Below are positions 47,751 through 57,946 of a stretch of DNA of 64,000 nucleotides, in pieces. A model generated the notes under the pieces. It was not told where the DNA came from, ran no database searches, and saw only the letters and a list, made by a program, of their open reading frames with translations. This stretch comes from Mycobacteriales bacterium. Its GTDB lineage: Bacteria > Actinomycetota > Actinomycetes > JAFAQI01. The position numbers were made by a program, and so were the translations under genes. Numbering within the stretch: position 1 is the first letter of the stretch; each line of letters opens with the position of its first letter. The stretch is taken from assembly GCA_035695245.1 (NCBI GenBank), contig DASSEQ010000265.1, positions 2,296 through 66,295 of the forward strand. The letters run 5' to 3'.

Positions 47751-48262
47751 CGGGCCACCTCGCCGCCGGTCAGGTAGACGAGCCGGAACTTGCCGATCTG
47801 CACCTCGTCGCCGTTGGAAAGCGGCGCCTCGTCGATGCGCTCCCGGTTGAGATAGGTGCCGTTGAGGCTCCCCACGTCGCGGACGCTGAACCGGTCACCC
47901 TCACGGTTGAACTCGGCGTGCCGCCGCGAGACGGTGACGTCATCGAGGAAGATGTCGCTTTCGGGGTGCCGGCCCACCGTCGTCGCGTCCTTGTCGAGCA
48001 GGAACCGGCTCCCGGCGTTGGGGCCACGCTTAACAACGAGCAGAGCGGTTCCGCTCGGCAGTGACTCGGCAGCGACGTCGGCGTCGTCAGGGCTGACATG
48101 TTCCTCGCCCGATTCCAAGCCGGACATCGACAGGGTGGTCGTCTGGTCCGACCCCACCGCTGCCCGATCCCCCGGGACGGTGAGTGGTGCGCCACACCGT
48201 GCGCAGAACCGACTGTCCTCCGGGTTTTGCTGGCCGCACTGCGTGCAGAACACGCTCGCCAT
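47747..48262 (-). CDS. garA: FHA-domain protein GarA/OdhI homolog with N-terminal zinc ribbon
   Basis: C-terminal FHA domain (LLVVKRGPNAGSRFLL ... FLDDVTVSRRHAEF ... GSLNGTYLNRE ... GKFRLVYL), a Thr cluster (DQTTTL), and an N-terminal CTQCG ... CARCG motif. The start is at internal M30 of the ORF. Confidence 0.8.
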   Translation of the reverse strand: MASVFCTQCGQQNPEDSRFCARCGAPLTVPGDRAAVGSDQTTTLSMSGLESGEEHVSPDDADVAAESLPSGTALLVVKRGPNAGSRFLLDKDATTVGRHPESDIFLDDVTVSRRHAEFNREGDRFSVRDVGSLNGTYLNRERIDEAPLSNGDEVQIGKFRLVYLTGGEVAR

Positions 48263-48415
48263 CGCGGGCTGCCCCTTTCCGTGCGGCGCGCGGAGGCGAC
48301 CGACCGTCAAGTGGAGGTTCAGGTTGGGGGCCGACGCTAATGACCACATCCGAACCGGTCAACCGGAACGGCCAGACCGGGCAGATCCGCCTGAGGGTCA
48401 AGTGCAGGTTGGGAC

Positions 48416-48802
48416 CTACCCAGCAGCTTTCGTCAACTGCTCGTACGCCGCGGCGTCGAGCAGGCCGTCCAGCTCGCCGGCATTCGCGATCGCGAGCTCG
48501 ATGATCCATCCGTCGCCGTACGGGTCGGCATTGACCAGCTCGGGGCGGGACTCCAGCGCCTCGTTCCGCGCGACCACCTCACCGGCCAGCGGCGCGTACA
48601 CCTCGGAGACGCTCTTCGTCGACTCGACCTCGCCGAGCGACTGCCCGGCGCTCACTGCCGCTCCGGGTTCGGGCAGGCTCACGAACACCACGTCGCCGAG
48701 GGCGTCTTGGGCGTAATGCGTGATCCCGATCCGCACGCGGCCCTCGTCGAGTTGCTGCACCCACTCGTGTTCGGCGGTGTATCGCAGGTGCTCGGGGATC
48801 AA
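48416..48802 (-). CDS. gcvH: glycine cleavage system H protein
   Basis: Lipoyl-lysine motif GEVESTKSVSEVY; 128 aa. Confidence 0.95.
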   Translation of the reverse strand: MIPEHLRYTAEHEWVQQLDEGRVRIGITHYAQDALGDVVFVSLPEPGAAVSAGQSLGEVESTKSVSEVYAPLAGEVVARNEALESRPELVNADPYGDGWIIELAIANAGELDGLLDAAAYEQLTKAAG

Positions 48803-48823
48803 GTCGGTCCTCCAAGGGAGCGC

Positions 48824-49585
48824 TCAGGGCGAGTTCGTCGGGGCCGGGCGAGCGTAACGAGGCGCCGTCAGGGCTCGCAAGGCGGACACCGTCACCGATG
48901 GCGAGGTGGTGACGATGGCGCCGGCACCGGGAAGCCCGCTGATGGTGTCGACGACGCCGCCAGGGATCGCCAGAGCGCTCGCGAGGGTCTTCGGATCACC
49001 GATCACGACCAGGCGGTAGGGCGCCCGGACGAGGGTGCCGTCGACCCGTACGCCGCCCCCGGGCGCGTCGACGACGGCCGTGGACGCCACCACGCGCACA
49101 CCCGAGAGCTGCATTGCCTCGGCGCCGGCATCGCGCAGCTCTTCGATCGCGTCAACGAGCTCGTCGGCCCGCACCGAGCCACGCGGATCGGTGACCGTGA
49201 GGACAACACCCGGGCCCCGCGCAGCGACGGTGCCGGTGAGGATCGCCAGGGTCTGGGCTCGCGCGCGGGCCTCGGCCAGGGCGGCCGAAGTCCCCGCACT
49301 GCCTCCCTGCAACCGACTCTCGGTGTCCTGTAGCGCGCCGACCTGGCTCCGCAGCCGGTCAGCGCGACCGGAAAGGTCGGCGAGGATCGTCAGGAGGTCG
49401 TCCGAGCGCGCCGATGTCAGCCCGCCCGTGCCGGCATTGCTGTGCGCCTGCGTCACCAGGGCAAATGCGAGCAGGCCGCAGAGCGCCGCGACCGCCACCT
49501 GCGCGCGCCCCGGACGAGACCACAGCGCGCCGGCGATGCGGCGCCAGGCATCGCCCGGTCGCGGTTGCTGCGGATCGGCGCTCAC
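48824..49585 (-). CDS. DUF881-domain membrane protein
   Basis: N-terminal TM helix plus DUF881-like composition. Same position as Rv1825. Confidence 0.7.
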   Translation of the reverse strand: MSADPQQPRPGDAWRRIAGALWSRPGRAQVAVAALCGLLAFALVTQAHSNAGTGGLTSARSDDLLTILADLSGRADRLRSQVGALQDTESRLQGGSAGTSAALAEARARAQTLAILTGTVAARGPGVVLTVTDPRGSVRADELVDAIEELRDAGAEAMQLSGVRVVASTAVVDAPGGGVRVDGTLVRAPYRLVVIGDPKTLASALAIPGGVVDTISGLPGAGAIVTTSPSVTVSALRALTAPRYARPAPTNSP

Positions 49586-49914
49586 GCGCGGAACAGGTGC
49601 CGCCGGATAGCCGCGGCGTTGGAGAAGATCCGGATCCCGAGAACGACCACGATGCCGGTGGAGAGCTCACCACCGACTCCGAGCTTGTCGCCCAGGTAGA
49701 CGATCAGGGACGCGACCAGGACGTTGCCGATGAACGACACCACGAAGACCTTGTCGTTGAAGATCTGCTCCAGCCAGGCGCGGACCCCTCCGAAGAGTGC
49801 GTCCAGGGCCGCGACGACCGCGATCGGCAGATAAGGCTGCAGGTCCAGCGGCACGGTCGGCTGCAAGACGAGCCCGGCCGTGACCCCACCCACGATCGCC
49901 AGCAGGACGATCAT
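49582..49914 (-). CDS. sbp: small basic membrane protein (Sbp family)
   Basis: 110 aa, MIVLLAIVGGVTAGLVLQ... It lies between two DUF881 genes with overlapping stop/start codons. It is the C-terminal part of a longer artefactual ORF. Confidence 0.7.
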   Translation of the reverse strand: MIVLLAIVGGVTAGLVLQPTVPLDLQPYLPIAVVAALDALFGGVRAWLEQIFNDKVFVVSFIGNVLVASLIVYLGDKLGVGGELSTGIVVVLGIRIFSNAAAIRRHLFRA

Positions 49915-50804
49915 CCGCTTCCCTTCTCGTTCGGCGTCGACTGCTTCGTTGCCGGCGGATGCACCGGCCTGGCGTCGTGCAACTGCTCCTCCACCCCGGC
50001 CGGCAGCTCGAGGCCGCTCGCCCGTGCATACCCGAAGCGCAACCCGTAGAGCTGGACATAGCTCCGCATTCGCGCCACGGCGGCGCTCTGCGCGAACGTC
50101 GTTTCCATCCCGACCGGGTCGCCGATCGCTTCGACAACGTACGGCGGCCGCAACGGCTGGAAGTCGACGAGGATGGCATCGCCGGCCGACCGGATCGACG
50201 ACTGGCCGGTCAGTCGCTGGCCGTTGACCGCGATCGCTTCGGCACCCGAGGCCCATAGCGCGTTGACGACACCCTGCAAGTCGCGGTCCTCGACCCGGTT
50301 GCCCTGGCCCTGGTTGCCCTGGCCGGCACCAGTAGCCGGGGCGTCGTCGAGCGTGACGCGCAGGCCAGGACCGGTGACCGCCACGGTGCCGGCCGCGAGC
50401 TCGGCCCTGGCCAGCTGCGTCGACAGGGCGGCACCTGCCGCGCTCCCCTGCAGTGAGCTGTCCCGCAGCGCCCCTGTCACTGCCCGCAGCCGGTCGACCT
50501 CGGATGACAGGTCAGCGACTGCCTTGGACTCCTGCTGCACCTGGGCCACCAGCCGCTCGTGCGCGCGGGCTGCCGCAGGCGCTCGCGCGTGCGCCTGCAC
50601 TGCCGCGATCACGACGAGAAAGGACGCCGCCACCAAGCCGACCGCCAGCGGCACCACGCGGCGCGTCCACGATCCCGGCCGTCCGCCACTTCTGGCCGTC
50701 GCCGCGTAACCGGGATCCAGCGCATTAGTCCATAAGTCGACAAGGAGAGACATCGACGCGTCGGCTCGTCGCATGTCGGCAGAAGCGGACGAGTCGGGAC
50801 GCAT
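49911..50804 (-). CDS. DUF881-domain membrane protein
   Basis: Same family as the 48824 gene. The start is uncertain (candidates at 50804, 50774 and 50753); the R-rich N-terminus of the 398-aa ORF is probably not translated. Confidence 0.6.
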   Translation of the reverse strand: MRPDSSASADMRRADASMSLLVDLWTNALDPGYAATARSGGRPGSWTRRVVPLAVGLVAASFLVVIAAVQAHARAPAAARAHERLVAQVQQESKAVADLSSEVDRLRAVTGALRDSSLQGSAAGAALSTQLARAELAAGTVAVTGPGLRVTLDDAPATGAGQGNQGQGNRVEDRDLQGVVNALWASGAEAIAVNGQRLTGQSSIRSAGDAILVDFQPLRPPYVVEAIGDPVGMETTFAQSAAVARMRSYVQLYGLRFGYARASGLELPAGVEEQLHDARPVHPPATKQSTPNEKGSG

Positions 50805-50844
50805 CCGACGATTGTCACCCGATCGAGGGTCGGCGCGCCGCACC

Positions 50845-53343
50845 TCAGCCGTGTGCCGCTTCGATGACCTCGACCCACTCATCGAGCAAGCTCGCGGCGC
50901 CGGACGCCGTCGCCGCCTCGGCCCAGATGTGCGTGACCGCCTCAGCCGGATCCGGGAGAACGAGCGCCCAGCGACCGTCGGGTTCCACCACGCGCACGCC
51001 GTCGGTCGTGTCGACGTACCGGCCACCGGCCGCCTCGAGCACCGCTCGCATCGCCGTCCCCTTGGCCGCCCACGGTGTGGCCACCGACCGGCGCAGCACG
51101 CTCGCATGCGGGATGCGTGCGTCGATCTCGCTCATCGTCAGCTTGGTCCGGGCCACGAGGCCCAGCAGTCGCGTGAAGGCGGCGATCCCGTCGACCGCCG
51201 TGGCGAACTCCGGTACGACGAACCCGCCCTGCCCGTCGCCGGCGAAGACCACGTCGCTCTGGGACGCGGCTGTGCTGAGCAGCTGGGGCGCCGTGCCCGT
51301 CCACAGGATCGATACGCCGTGGAAGGCGGCGACCTGCTCGGCGACGCGCGTAGTGGTCACCGGCAGGGCGACCCGGCCGGCGCGCCGCTCCGCGGCGACG
51401 AGGTCCATCACGACGAGGACCGCGCGGTCGTCCTGGATGAGCGCCCCGCGCTCGTCCACCAGCGCCAGGCGCTCGGCCACGGGATCGAAGCGAGCTCCGA
51501 ACGACGCCCGGGACGACGCGACGAGCTCGCCGAGCCGCTCCAGCCCCGCCATGTGCTGACCCGCGGATTCGGTCGGGGTCGACTCGTCGAGCCGGCCGTT
51601 GACGATGAGCGCATCGACGCCGAGCCGGCCGAGGAGGGCCGGCAGCACGACGGCCGCGGCGCCGCCCGCGGTGTCGATGACGACGCGCAGGTCGGCCTCG
51701 GGGACGCCCGAGGTGTCCACAGCAGCCAGCACCTCTTGGGTGTAGGTGTCGACGATGCGGGCCGGGTAGGACAACTCGGCGATCTCCCCGGGAAAGGCGC
51801 GCCGGAACTCCTGCCGGCTGAAGACCCGCTCGAGCTTGCGCTGCCCGGCCTGGGACAGATCCGCGCCCGCTTCGTCGAGGAACACGACGTCGACGCTCTG
51901 GGCGTCGCCGGGGGTCGTGTGGATCATGATGCCGCCGGCTGCATCACTATGCGCCGTCGCGAACCGGGTGACCGGCGCCGGCGCCACCTCGAGGTCGCGC
52001 ACGTCGATCGCACTCGCCGTCAGCGCGCTCACGACTGCCCGCTTCAGCGCGGTGGCGGCTCGGGAGACGTCTCGGCTGGCGATGACGACGCTGCCTTTCG
52101 ACAAGGTCGTCGCCCAGGCACTCGCGAGGCGGACCGCCAGGTCGGGCGTGATCTCGACGTTGACCAGCCCGGACACACCACGAGGGCCGAACAGGCTCCG
52201 ATGCCCGCGCGACTCCCAGATGACGCTCGTCGTGACGACCGCACCTGCCTCGACGGTCTTGAACGGGTAGACCTTCACGCCGGCGGAGAGGAATGCCTCC
52301 TGCTCAACGACGCAGTCGTCACCGACGACCGCGCCCTCCTCGACCCGGGCTGCGCGCATGACGTCGCTGTTGCGCCCGATCACGCAGCCGCGCAAGTCGG
52401 CGCGCTGGCCGACGAAGACGTTGTCGTGGACGATCGCGCGCTCGAGCACCGCACCGGCCTTGACCACGACGTTGTCCCCGATGACGGTGTAAGGCCGAAG
52501 GGCCGACCCTGCCTCGACCCGCGAGTAGTCGCCGACGAGGAGCGGACCACTGATCTCGACGTCCGGGTCGACCTCGGCACCCTCCGCGATCCAGACACCT
52601 GGGGACACCTCAAAGGCATCGATCTCAACCTCGACTTCACGGTTGAGCACAGCCATGTGGGCTTGTCGATAGCTCTCCAACGTTCCGACGTCTTCCCAGT
52701 AGCCGTCGAACCGATATCCGAACAACGGCGCCCCCGCGGCGAGGAGCCGCGGAAACACCTCCGCCGACCAGTCCACCTCGGCATCCGCTGGCACTTCGTC
52801 CAGGACGGAGGGGTCCATCACGTAAATGCCCGTATTGACGGTGTCCGAGAACACCTGACCCCAGCTCGGTTTTTCCAGGAACCGGTTGACCCGGCCATCC
52901 GGATCACAGATGACGATGCCGTACTCCAGCGGATCGGGCACTGCCTTGAGCCCCACTGTCACGAGGGCACCCCGCTCGCGATGGAATCGGATCATCGCGG
53001 AGAGGTCGACATCGGTCAGCGCGTCGCCGGAGATGACCAGAAAGGTCTCGTCGCGCAGCGCGCTCTCGGCGTTCTTCACGCTGCCGGCGGTGCCCAGCGG
53101 GCGCTCCTCGGTGGCGTACTGCAAGCTCATCCCGAGCTCGTCGCCGTCGCCGAAGTAGTTGCGAACCAACGAGGCGAGGAACTGCACCGTCACAACGGTG
53201 TCGATCACGCCGTGGCGGCGGAGGAGTCGCAGCACGTGCTCCATCACCGGCCGGTTGGCGACAGGAAGGAGCGGCTTCGGCAGGTTGGCGGTCAGCGGGC
53301 GTAGGCGGCTTCCCTCGCCGCCTGCCATCACGACCGCTCGCAC
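50845..53343 (-). CDS. mannose-1-phosphate guanylyltransferase fused to a C-terminal phosphomannomutase/phosphoglucomutase-like domain
   Basis: N-terminus MRAVVMAGGEGSRLRPLT (nucleotidyltransferase) plus a left-handed beta-helix. The C-terminal half has the PMM/PGM alpha-beta-alpha domains, but with degenerate TASHNP (IHTTPGD) and DGDGDR (GARFDPVAER) motifs. Confidence 0.8.
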   Translation of the reverse strand: MRAVVMAGGEGSRLRPLTANLPKPLLPVANRPVMEHVLRLLRRHGVIDTVVTVQFLASLVRNYFGDGDELGMSLQYATEERPLGTAGSVKNAESALRDETFLVISGDALTDVDLSAMIRFHRERGALVTVGLKAVPDPLEYGIVICDPDGRVNRFLEKPSWGQVFSDTVNTGIYVMDPSVLDEVPADAEVDWSAEVFPRLLAAGAPLFGYRFDGYWEDVGTLESYRQAHMAVLNREVEVEIDAFEVSPGVWIAEGAEVDPDVEISGPLLVGDYSRVEAGSALRPYTVIGDNVVVKAGAVLERAIVHDNVFVGQRADLRGCVIGRNSDVMRAARVEEGAVVGDDCVVEQEAFLSAGVKVYPFKTVEAGAVVTTSVIWESRGHRSLFGPRGVSGLVNVEITPDLAVRLASAWATTLSKGSVVIASRDVSRAATALKRAVVSALTASAIDVRDLEVAPAPVTRFATAHSDAAGGIMIHTTPGDAQSVDVVFLDEAGADLSQAGQRKLERVFSRQEFRRAFPGEIAELSYPARIVDTYTQEVLAAVDTSGVPEADLRVVIDTAGGAAAVVLPALLGRLGVDALIVNGRLDESTPTESAGQHMAGLERLGELVASSRASFGARFDPVAERLALVDERGALIQDDRAVLVVMDLVAAERRAGRVALPVTTTRVAEQVAAFHGVSILWTGTAPQLLSTAASQSDVVFAGDGQGGFVVPEFATAVDGIAAFTRLLGLVARTKLTMSEIDARIPHASVLRRSVATPWAAKGTAMRAVLEAAGGRYVDTTDGVRVVEPDGRWALVLPDPAEAVTHIWAEAATASGAASLLDEWVEVIEAAHG

Positions 53344-53352
53344 GGGTCGCCC

Positions 53353-53955
53353 CTATGCCGGTCTGCCGGCGGCGAGCAACCGGCGCACCTGCACGCCGTA
53401 CAGGGTCCCGGCCCAGAAATAGAGTGCGGCGCCCCAGGCGGCAAAAGCCCATCCGATCGCGCGTGCCGCCGGGCCCAGCCCGCCGCCCTCGTTGGCGAGC
53501 AGCAAGATCGGAAACGCGTAGAGCAGGCACATGGTGGCGGCCTTGCCGATGAAGTTGACCGGCAGAGCAAGTCCGTAGCCGAGCCGGCGCAGGATCGGCA
53601 GAACGGTCACCCCGAGGATCAGGTCGCGCCCCGGCAGTGCGATCGCGAGCCACACCGGGATGACGCCGCGGATGGTGAGCGCGATGAGCGTCGCCAGGAT
53701 GTACAGCCGGTCCGCCGCGGGGTCGAGCATCGCGCCGAGCCGGCTCGATTGGTTGAACCGGCGCGCGATCTTGCCGTCGGCGTAGTCGCTGAGGCCGGCG
53801 AAGGCAAGGACGACAACCGCCCACGCGTCGGCATGCGGGCCCAGCACCAACCACAAGAACAGAGGCACACCCAGCAGCCGCAGCACGCTCAGCAGGTTGG
53901 GCACCGTCCAGACGCGGTCTGCGGCGGTGTCGCTGCGTTCGCTGGGTGCCGTCAT
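53353..53955 (-). CDS. pgsA: CDP-alcohol phosphatidyltransferase (PgsA-like)
   Basis: Motif DYADGKIARR...G...D...D. The start is set at internal Met27, because the ORF N-terminus overlaps the tRNA. Confidence 0.8.
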   Translation of the reverse strand: MTAPSERSDTAADRVWTVPNLLSVLRLLGVPLFLWLVLGPHADAWAVVVLAFAGLSDYADGKIARRFNQSSRLGAMLDPAADRLYILATLIALTIRGVIPVWLAIALPGRDLILGVTVLPILRRLGYGLALPVNFIGKAATMCLLYAFPILLLANEGGGLGPAARAIGWAFAAWGAALYFWAGTLYGVQVRRLLAAGRPA

Positions 53956-53975
53956 GGTCCTCCGGTGCGAAGACG

Positions 53976-54049
53976 TCGGGCTGACAGGATTTGAACCTGC
54001 GACCCCCACACCCCCAGTGTGGTGCGCTACCAAGCTGCGCCACAGCCCG
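53976..54049 (-). tRNA. tRNA-Pro (anticodon GGG)
   Basis: The minus strand reads CGGGCTGTGGCGCAGCTTGGTAGCGCACCACACTGGGGGTGTGGGGGTCGCAGGTTCAAATCCTGTCAGCCCGA. The cloverleaf has the anticodon loop CTGGGGG, a T-loop GGTTCAAATCC, and no encoded CCA. Confidence 0.85.
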
Positions 54050-54069
54050 TTCGAGCAGAGGCTACCGGG

Positions 54070-55431
54070 TCAGCGTCGCTTCTTCTCACGCGCGCGAATG
54101 CTGATCTCGACCGGTGAGCCGTGGAACCCGAACTGCTCTCGGAGGCGCCGCTCGAGAAAACGCCGGTACGACGGCTCCAGCGGTCCGGTCGTGAACAGGA
54201 CGAACCGCGGCGGCGCGACGCCTGGCTGGGTCGCGAACAGCACCTTCGGCTGCTTACCCCCGCGCACCGGCGGCGGAGTCGCTGCGATCACATCGCCGAG
54301 AAAGGCGTTGAGCTCCGCGGTCGGCACCCGGGTTTCCCAGCCGGCGAGGGCTTCGGTCAGCGCTGGAGCGATGCGTTGCACGCCTCGACCGGTTTTCGCG
54401 GAGATGTTGATGCGCGCCGCCCACGGCACGCGCGACAGCTCGCGGTCCGTTTCGCGGTCGATCTCGGCGCGACGATCGGCGTCGACGAGGTCGGCCTTGT
54501 TGAACGCGAGGACGAGGGCCCGACCCGCCTCGACGACAGCGCCGATGACCCGCTGGTCCTGTTCGGTGATCGGCGCGTCGGAGTCGAGCAAGACCAAGGC
54601 CACCTCGGCCGCCTCGATCGCGGCGTTGGTTCGAAGCGTCGCGTAGTAGTCAGCGCCCTGTGCCTCCCGGGCGCGCCGGCGCAGGCCGGCCGTGTCGACG
54701 AACTTCCAGACGGCACCGTCGATCTCGACCAGAGAGTCAACCGGGTCGCGGGTCGTCCCTGCTTCGGGGTCGACCAGGGCGCGCTCGGTGCCGGTCAGTC
54801 GGTTGAGCAGGCTCGACTTGCCGACGTTGGGCTTGCCGACGAGTGCGACCCGGCGAGGACCGGCCGGTTGGCCCTCGGTCTCCGCGGGTGCTGCGGGCAA
54901 GGCCGCGAGCACGGCGTCGAGCAGATCGCCACTCCCGCGGCCGTGCAGTGCGCTCACCGGCATCGGCTCACCGACGCCGAGCTGCCACAGCTCGGCAGTC
55001 GCGGCCTCGCCCCGAGCGTCGTCGACTTTGTTGGCCGCGAGCACCACCGGTTTGCCCGCCCGCTGCAGGACGCGCGCGACGGCCGCGTCCTCGTCGGTGA
55101 CGCCGACCGTCGCATCGACGACCAGCACCACGGCGTCCGCCGCGCCGACCGCGAGTTCGGCTTGCTCGGCAATGCGGCCGGCCATGCCTCGCGCCGCGCG
55201 CTGCCACCCTCCGGTGTCGAGGACAGTGAACCTGCGCCCGTTCCACAGTGCGTCGTACGCCACCCGATCGCGGGTCACGCCGGGCACGTCTTCGACGACG
55301 GCCTCGCGGCGCCCGATGATCCGGTTGACCATCGTCGACTTTCCGACGTTGGGTCGGCCCACGATCGCCACTACCGGGACGGGAGCGTTCGGGTCGACCT
55401 GCTCCGGACTGGCTGTCTCCGGCCCGCTCAT
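54070..55431 (-). CDS. der: ribosome-biogenesis GTPase Der (EngA)
   Basis: Two tandem GTPase domains (GRPNVGKST ... GKPNVGKSS) plus a KH-like C-terminus. The start is at internal MSGPETA; the artefactual upstream ORF extension is R-rich. Confidence 0.9.
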   Translation of the reverse strand: MSGPETASPEQVDPNAPVPVVAIVGRPNVGKSTMVNRIIGRREAVVEDVPGVTRDRVAYDALWNGRRFTVLDTGGWQRAARGMAGRIAEQAELAVGAADAVVLVVDATVGVTDEDAAVARVLQRAGKPVVLAANKVDDARGEAATAELWQLGVGEPMPVSALHGRGSGDLLDAVLAALPAAPAETEGQPAGPRRVALVGKPNVGKSSLLNRLTGTERALVDPEAGTTRDPVDSLVEIDGAVWKFVDTAGLRRRAREAQGADYYATLRTNAAIEAAEVALVLLDSDAPITEQDQRVIGAVVEAGRALVLAFNKADLVDADRRAEIDRETDRELSRVPWAARINISAKTGRGVQRIAPALTEALAGWETRVPTAELNAFLGDVIAATPPPVRGGKQPKVLFATQPGVAPPRFVLFTTGPLEPSYRRFLERRLREQFGFHGSPVEISIRAREKKRR

Positions 55432-56087
55432 GCGGCGTCTGCCGTGACCGCCTCGAGGTGCGCGAGCAGGTGCACGCGCACCTGCTCTGCCGCGTCGGCA
55501 ACGCTGCTGCGTGCTCTCGGGTCGCCATCGACCCTCACCTCGAACGCAGGGCCGAAGACGACGTCGACCGGCACCCGGAACCGCGGCAGGAGCTTGCCCT
55601 TCGGCAGCGCATCCGCCGTGCCGGTGCAGACGACGGGTACGACGGGGCAACCAGCCCGAAGCGCGAGGTAGCCGATGCCGTGCTGCACCGACTCCAGCCG
55701 CCCCTCACCCCGCGTGCCCTCGGGAAAGACACCGAGCACGCCGCCGCTTGCCAGCACATCGAGGGCTTGACGCAGCGCGGTGCGGTCCGGGGTCCCCCGC
55801 CGAATCGGGATCTGCCGGGCGAACTCGAGCACTTTCGCCCAGGGACCGGAGTAGAGCTCGGACTTGACCAGGAAGAACGAAGGGCGTGGCAAGACCATGA
55901 AGACGATCGGGCCATCGAGGAAGCCCGTGTGGTTACCGGCCAAGAGGACCGGACCCGAAGTGGGCAGATTCTCCGCGCCCACGACCCGCAAGCGGAACAG
56001 CATGCGCAACAAACCGGCGACGAGCCGACGAACGACACCGAGCGGAATCGTCTCGCGGTTGGGGTCCAGTCGACGGGCGCTCGTCAT
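55428..56087 (-). CDS. plsC: 1-acyl-sn-glycerol-3-phosphate acyltransferase
   Basis: NHTGFLDG (HxxxxD) and FPEGTR motifs. ATGA overlap with der. Confidence 0.85.
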   Translation of the reverse strand: MTSARRLDPNRETIPLGVVRRLVAGLLRMLFRLRVVGAENLPTSGPVLLAGNHTGFLDGPIVFMVLPRPSFFLVKSELYSGPWAKVLEFARQIPIRRGTPDRTALRQALDVLASGGVLGVFPEGTRGEGRLESVQHGIGYLALRAGCPVVPVVCTGTADALPKGKLLPRFRVPVDVVFGPAFEVRVDGDPRARSSVADAAEQVRVHLLAHLEAVTADAA

Positions 56088-56821
56088 GCCCGTACTCCCT
56101 CGACCTGCCGAATGATTCGCTCGATGACATCGTCGGCGCTGAGATCGGTCGAGTCGATCACCATGGCGTCAGGTGCCTGTGCCAGCGGCGAGGCGGCGCG
56201 CCCCGAGTCGAGCGCATCACGACGCTCGATCGCGACCTTGGTCGCGTCCAACCTGCCGTTCGTCTCATCCGCCCGGCGGCGCGCCCGCGCTTCCGGATCG
56301 GCGGTGAGGAACACCTTGACCGTCGCCTCAGGAGCGACCGTCGTCCCGATGTCACGACCCTCGACCACGATGCCGCCGGAGCCGATCGCCTCGCGCTGTC
56401 GGCGCACCATCGCTGCCCGCACACCTGGTACGGCGCTGACGGTGCTGACGGCGGCGGTCACGTCGAGAGCTCGGATTGCGGTTGTCACATCTGCGCCGTC
56501 GGCGAGGACTTGGTTGGCGTCCGGATCTTGGGAAAGCCCGATCTCGACGGTGTCGGCCAACGTGGCGAGCGCGGTTGCGTCGGTAAGCGGGATCTCGCGA
56601 GCGAGAGCGAGCCAGGTCACGGCGCGGTACATCGCCCCGGTGTCGAGGTAGCGAAGCCCGAGCCGGTGGGCAACACCGCGGGCGACGGTCGACTTCCCGG
56701 AGCCGGATGGGCCGTCGATCGCGACGACGATTCCCGCCTGGATCGGCGCGCCCGGGGCGGCCTGCACGTTTCCTCCTGCATCGTCGACCTGCGGCGAGAC
56801 TACCGACCCGACGGCCGACAC
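56084..56821 (-). CDS. cmk: cytidylate kinase
   Basis: IVVAIDGPSGSGKSTV P-loop. The N-terminal 30 aa may be an extension; the true start is possibly an internal GTG. Confidence 0.85.
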   Translation of the reverse strand: MSAVGSVVSPQVDDAGGNVQAAPGAPIQAGIVVAIDGPSGSGKSTVARGVAHRLGLRYLDTGAMYRAVTWLALAREIPLTDATALATLADTVEIGLSQDPDANQVLADGADVTTAIRALDVTAAVSTVSAVPGVRAAMVRRQREAIGSGGIVVEGRDIGTTVAPEATVKVFLTADPEARARRRADETNGRLDATKVAIERRDALDSGRAASPLAQAPDAMVIDSTDLSADDVIERIIRQVEGVRA

Positions 56822-56827
56822 CGCGGT

Positions 56828-57940
56828 TCACAGCGCCTCGTCGGCGCCTTCGGTGACGGTCCAGTCCCGCTCGCGAAGGCCCCGCACCAACCGCTCCCGG
56901 TCCGCCGGAGCGACGAACAGCTCGGCGAAACCGATCGGTTGACCCGGGGCGTGGTCGACCCGAACGTCCTCGACGTTCACCGAAAAGGCCGCCGCGTCCG
57001 CGAACAGGCGCGCCAGGCTGCCCGGTGTGTCCGGCACGATGCAGCGCACGACGGCGAGCTGCACGGCTCGGCGACCGTGTTTACCCGGCAGCATCGCGCG
57101 CCCGGCCCGGCCCCGGGTGACGAGTGCCCGCACTGCCTCGTCCGCCGCCGAAGGGTCGCCGGTTTCCAGCGTCTCGGCCAAGGCAAGCATCGGCTCGGCG
57201 ACCGCTCGGACCGCGGCTGCCAGCTCGATCGCGTTCGCCGCAGCGATCTGGCCCCACATCGCCGGGTCGGAGTCGGCCAGCCGCGTCGTGTCGCGAAGCC
57301 CGGTGCCGGCGAGCCGGGTTTCGTCCTCGGTCATCGTGGCGAGCGTCGAGGCGAGCGCCGAGGCGACCATCTGCGGCGCATGCGACAGCCGGGCGAGGAG
57401 CTCGTCGTGTTCGCGGGCGGGCAACACGATCGGCTCGGCCCGGCAGAGGCGGGCGAGCTCGACCACCGCGTCCGTCACCGCCGACGAGCTGCCGGGCAGC
57501 GGGCAGACCGCCCAGGGCCGGTCGGCAAACAGGTCAGCCGACGCGGCCGCCGGCCCCGACAATTCGCGACCTGCGATGGGATGTCCGCCAGCAAACCGTT
57601 GAACGAATTTGCGCGCGAGAGCCTCGACCTCTACTGCAGGTCCGTGCTGAACGCTGCAGACATGGGTAACAAGCGTGTCGGGCAACGCGTGCAGCAGCTC
57701 TGCGCAGGTCGCGCCGACAAGCGCCGGTGGCACCGCCGCGACCGCGAGTCGGGCCCGGACCAACCCCGGCACGACTTCGCCGGCACCCATCCGGGCAGCA
57801 AGCGAGGCGCGTGCCGGGTCGGAATCGAGCAAGGCGACCCGCCCACCGGCCGCCCGCACGGCCAGGCCGATCGACGTGCCGATCAGGCCGGCGCCGACGA
57901 TGAGGAGATCGGGCCCACTTGCTGCGGACTCAGCGATCAC
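56828..57940 (-). CDS. tyrA: prephenate dehydrogenase
   Basis: N-terminal Rossmann LLIVGAGLIGTSIG plus a C-terminal ACT-like region. Confidence 0.85.
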   Translation of the reverse strand: MIAESAASGPDLLIVGAGLIGTSIGLAVRAAGGRVALLDSDPARASLAARMGAGEVVPGLVRARLAVAAVPPALVGATCAELLHALPDTLVTHVCSVQHGPAVEVEALARKFVQRFAGGHPIAGRELSGPAAASADLFADRPWAVCPLPGSSSAVTDAVVELARLCRAEPIVLPAREHDELLARLSHAPQMVASALASTLATMTEDETRLAGTGLRDTTRLADSDPAMWGQIAAANAIELAAAVRAVAEPMLALAETLETGDPSAADEAVRALVTRGRAGRAMLPGKHGRRAVQLAVVRCIVPDTPGSLARLFADAAAFSVNVEDVRVDHAPGQPIGFAELFVAPADRERLVRGLRERDWTVTEGADEAL

Positions 57941-57946
57941 GGCGGC

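Noticed and set aside
50773-53304. 843-aa + strand ORF antisense to the ManC-PMM fusion gene.
   Set aside because: R/D/G-rich low-complexity product, the antisense frame of a well-supported gene.
53956-54033. N-terminal 26 codons of the 226-aa pgsA ORF.
   Set aside because: They overlap the tRNA-Pro gene on the same strand. The start was moved to the internal Met after the tRNA.
54121-55671. 516-aa + strand ORF antisense to der.
   Set aside because: No domains; der has two canonical GTPase domains on the opposite strand.
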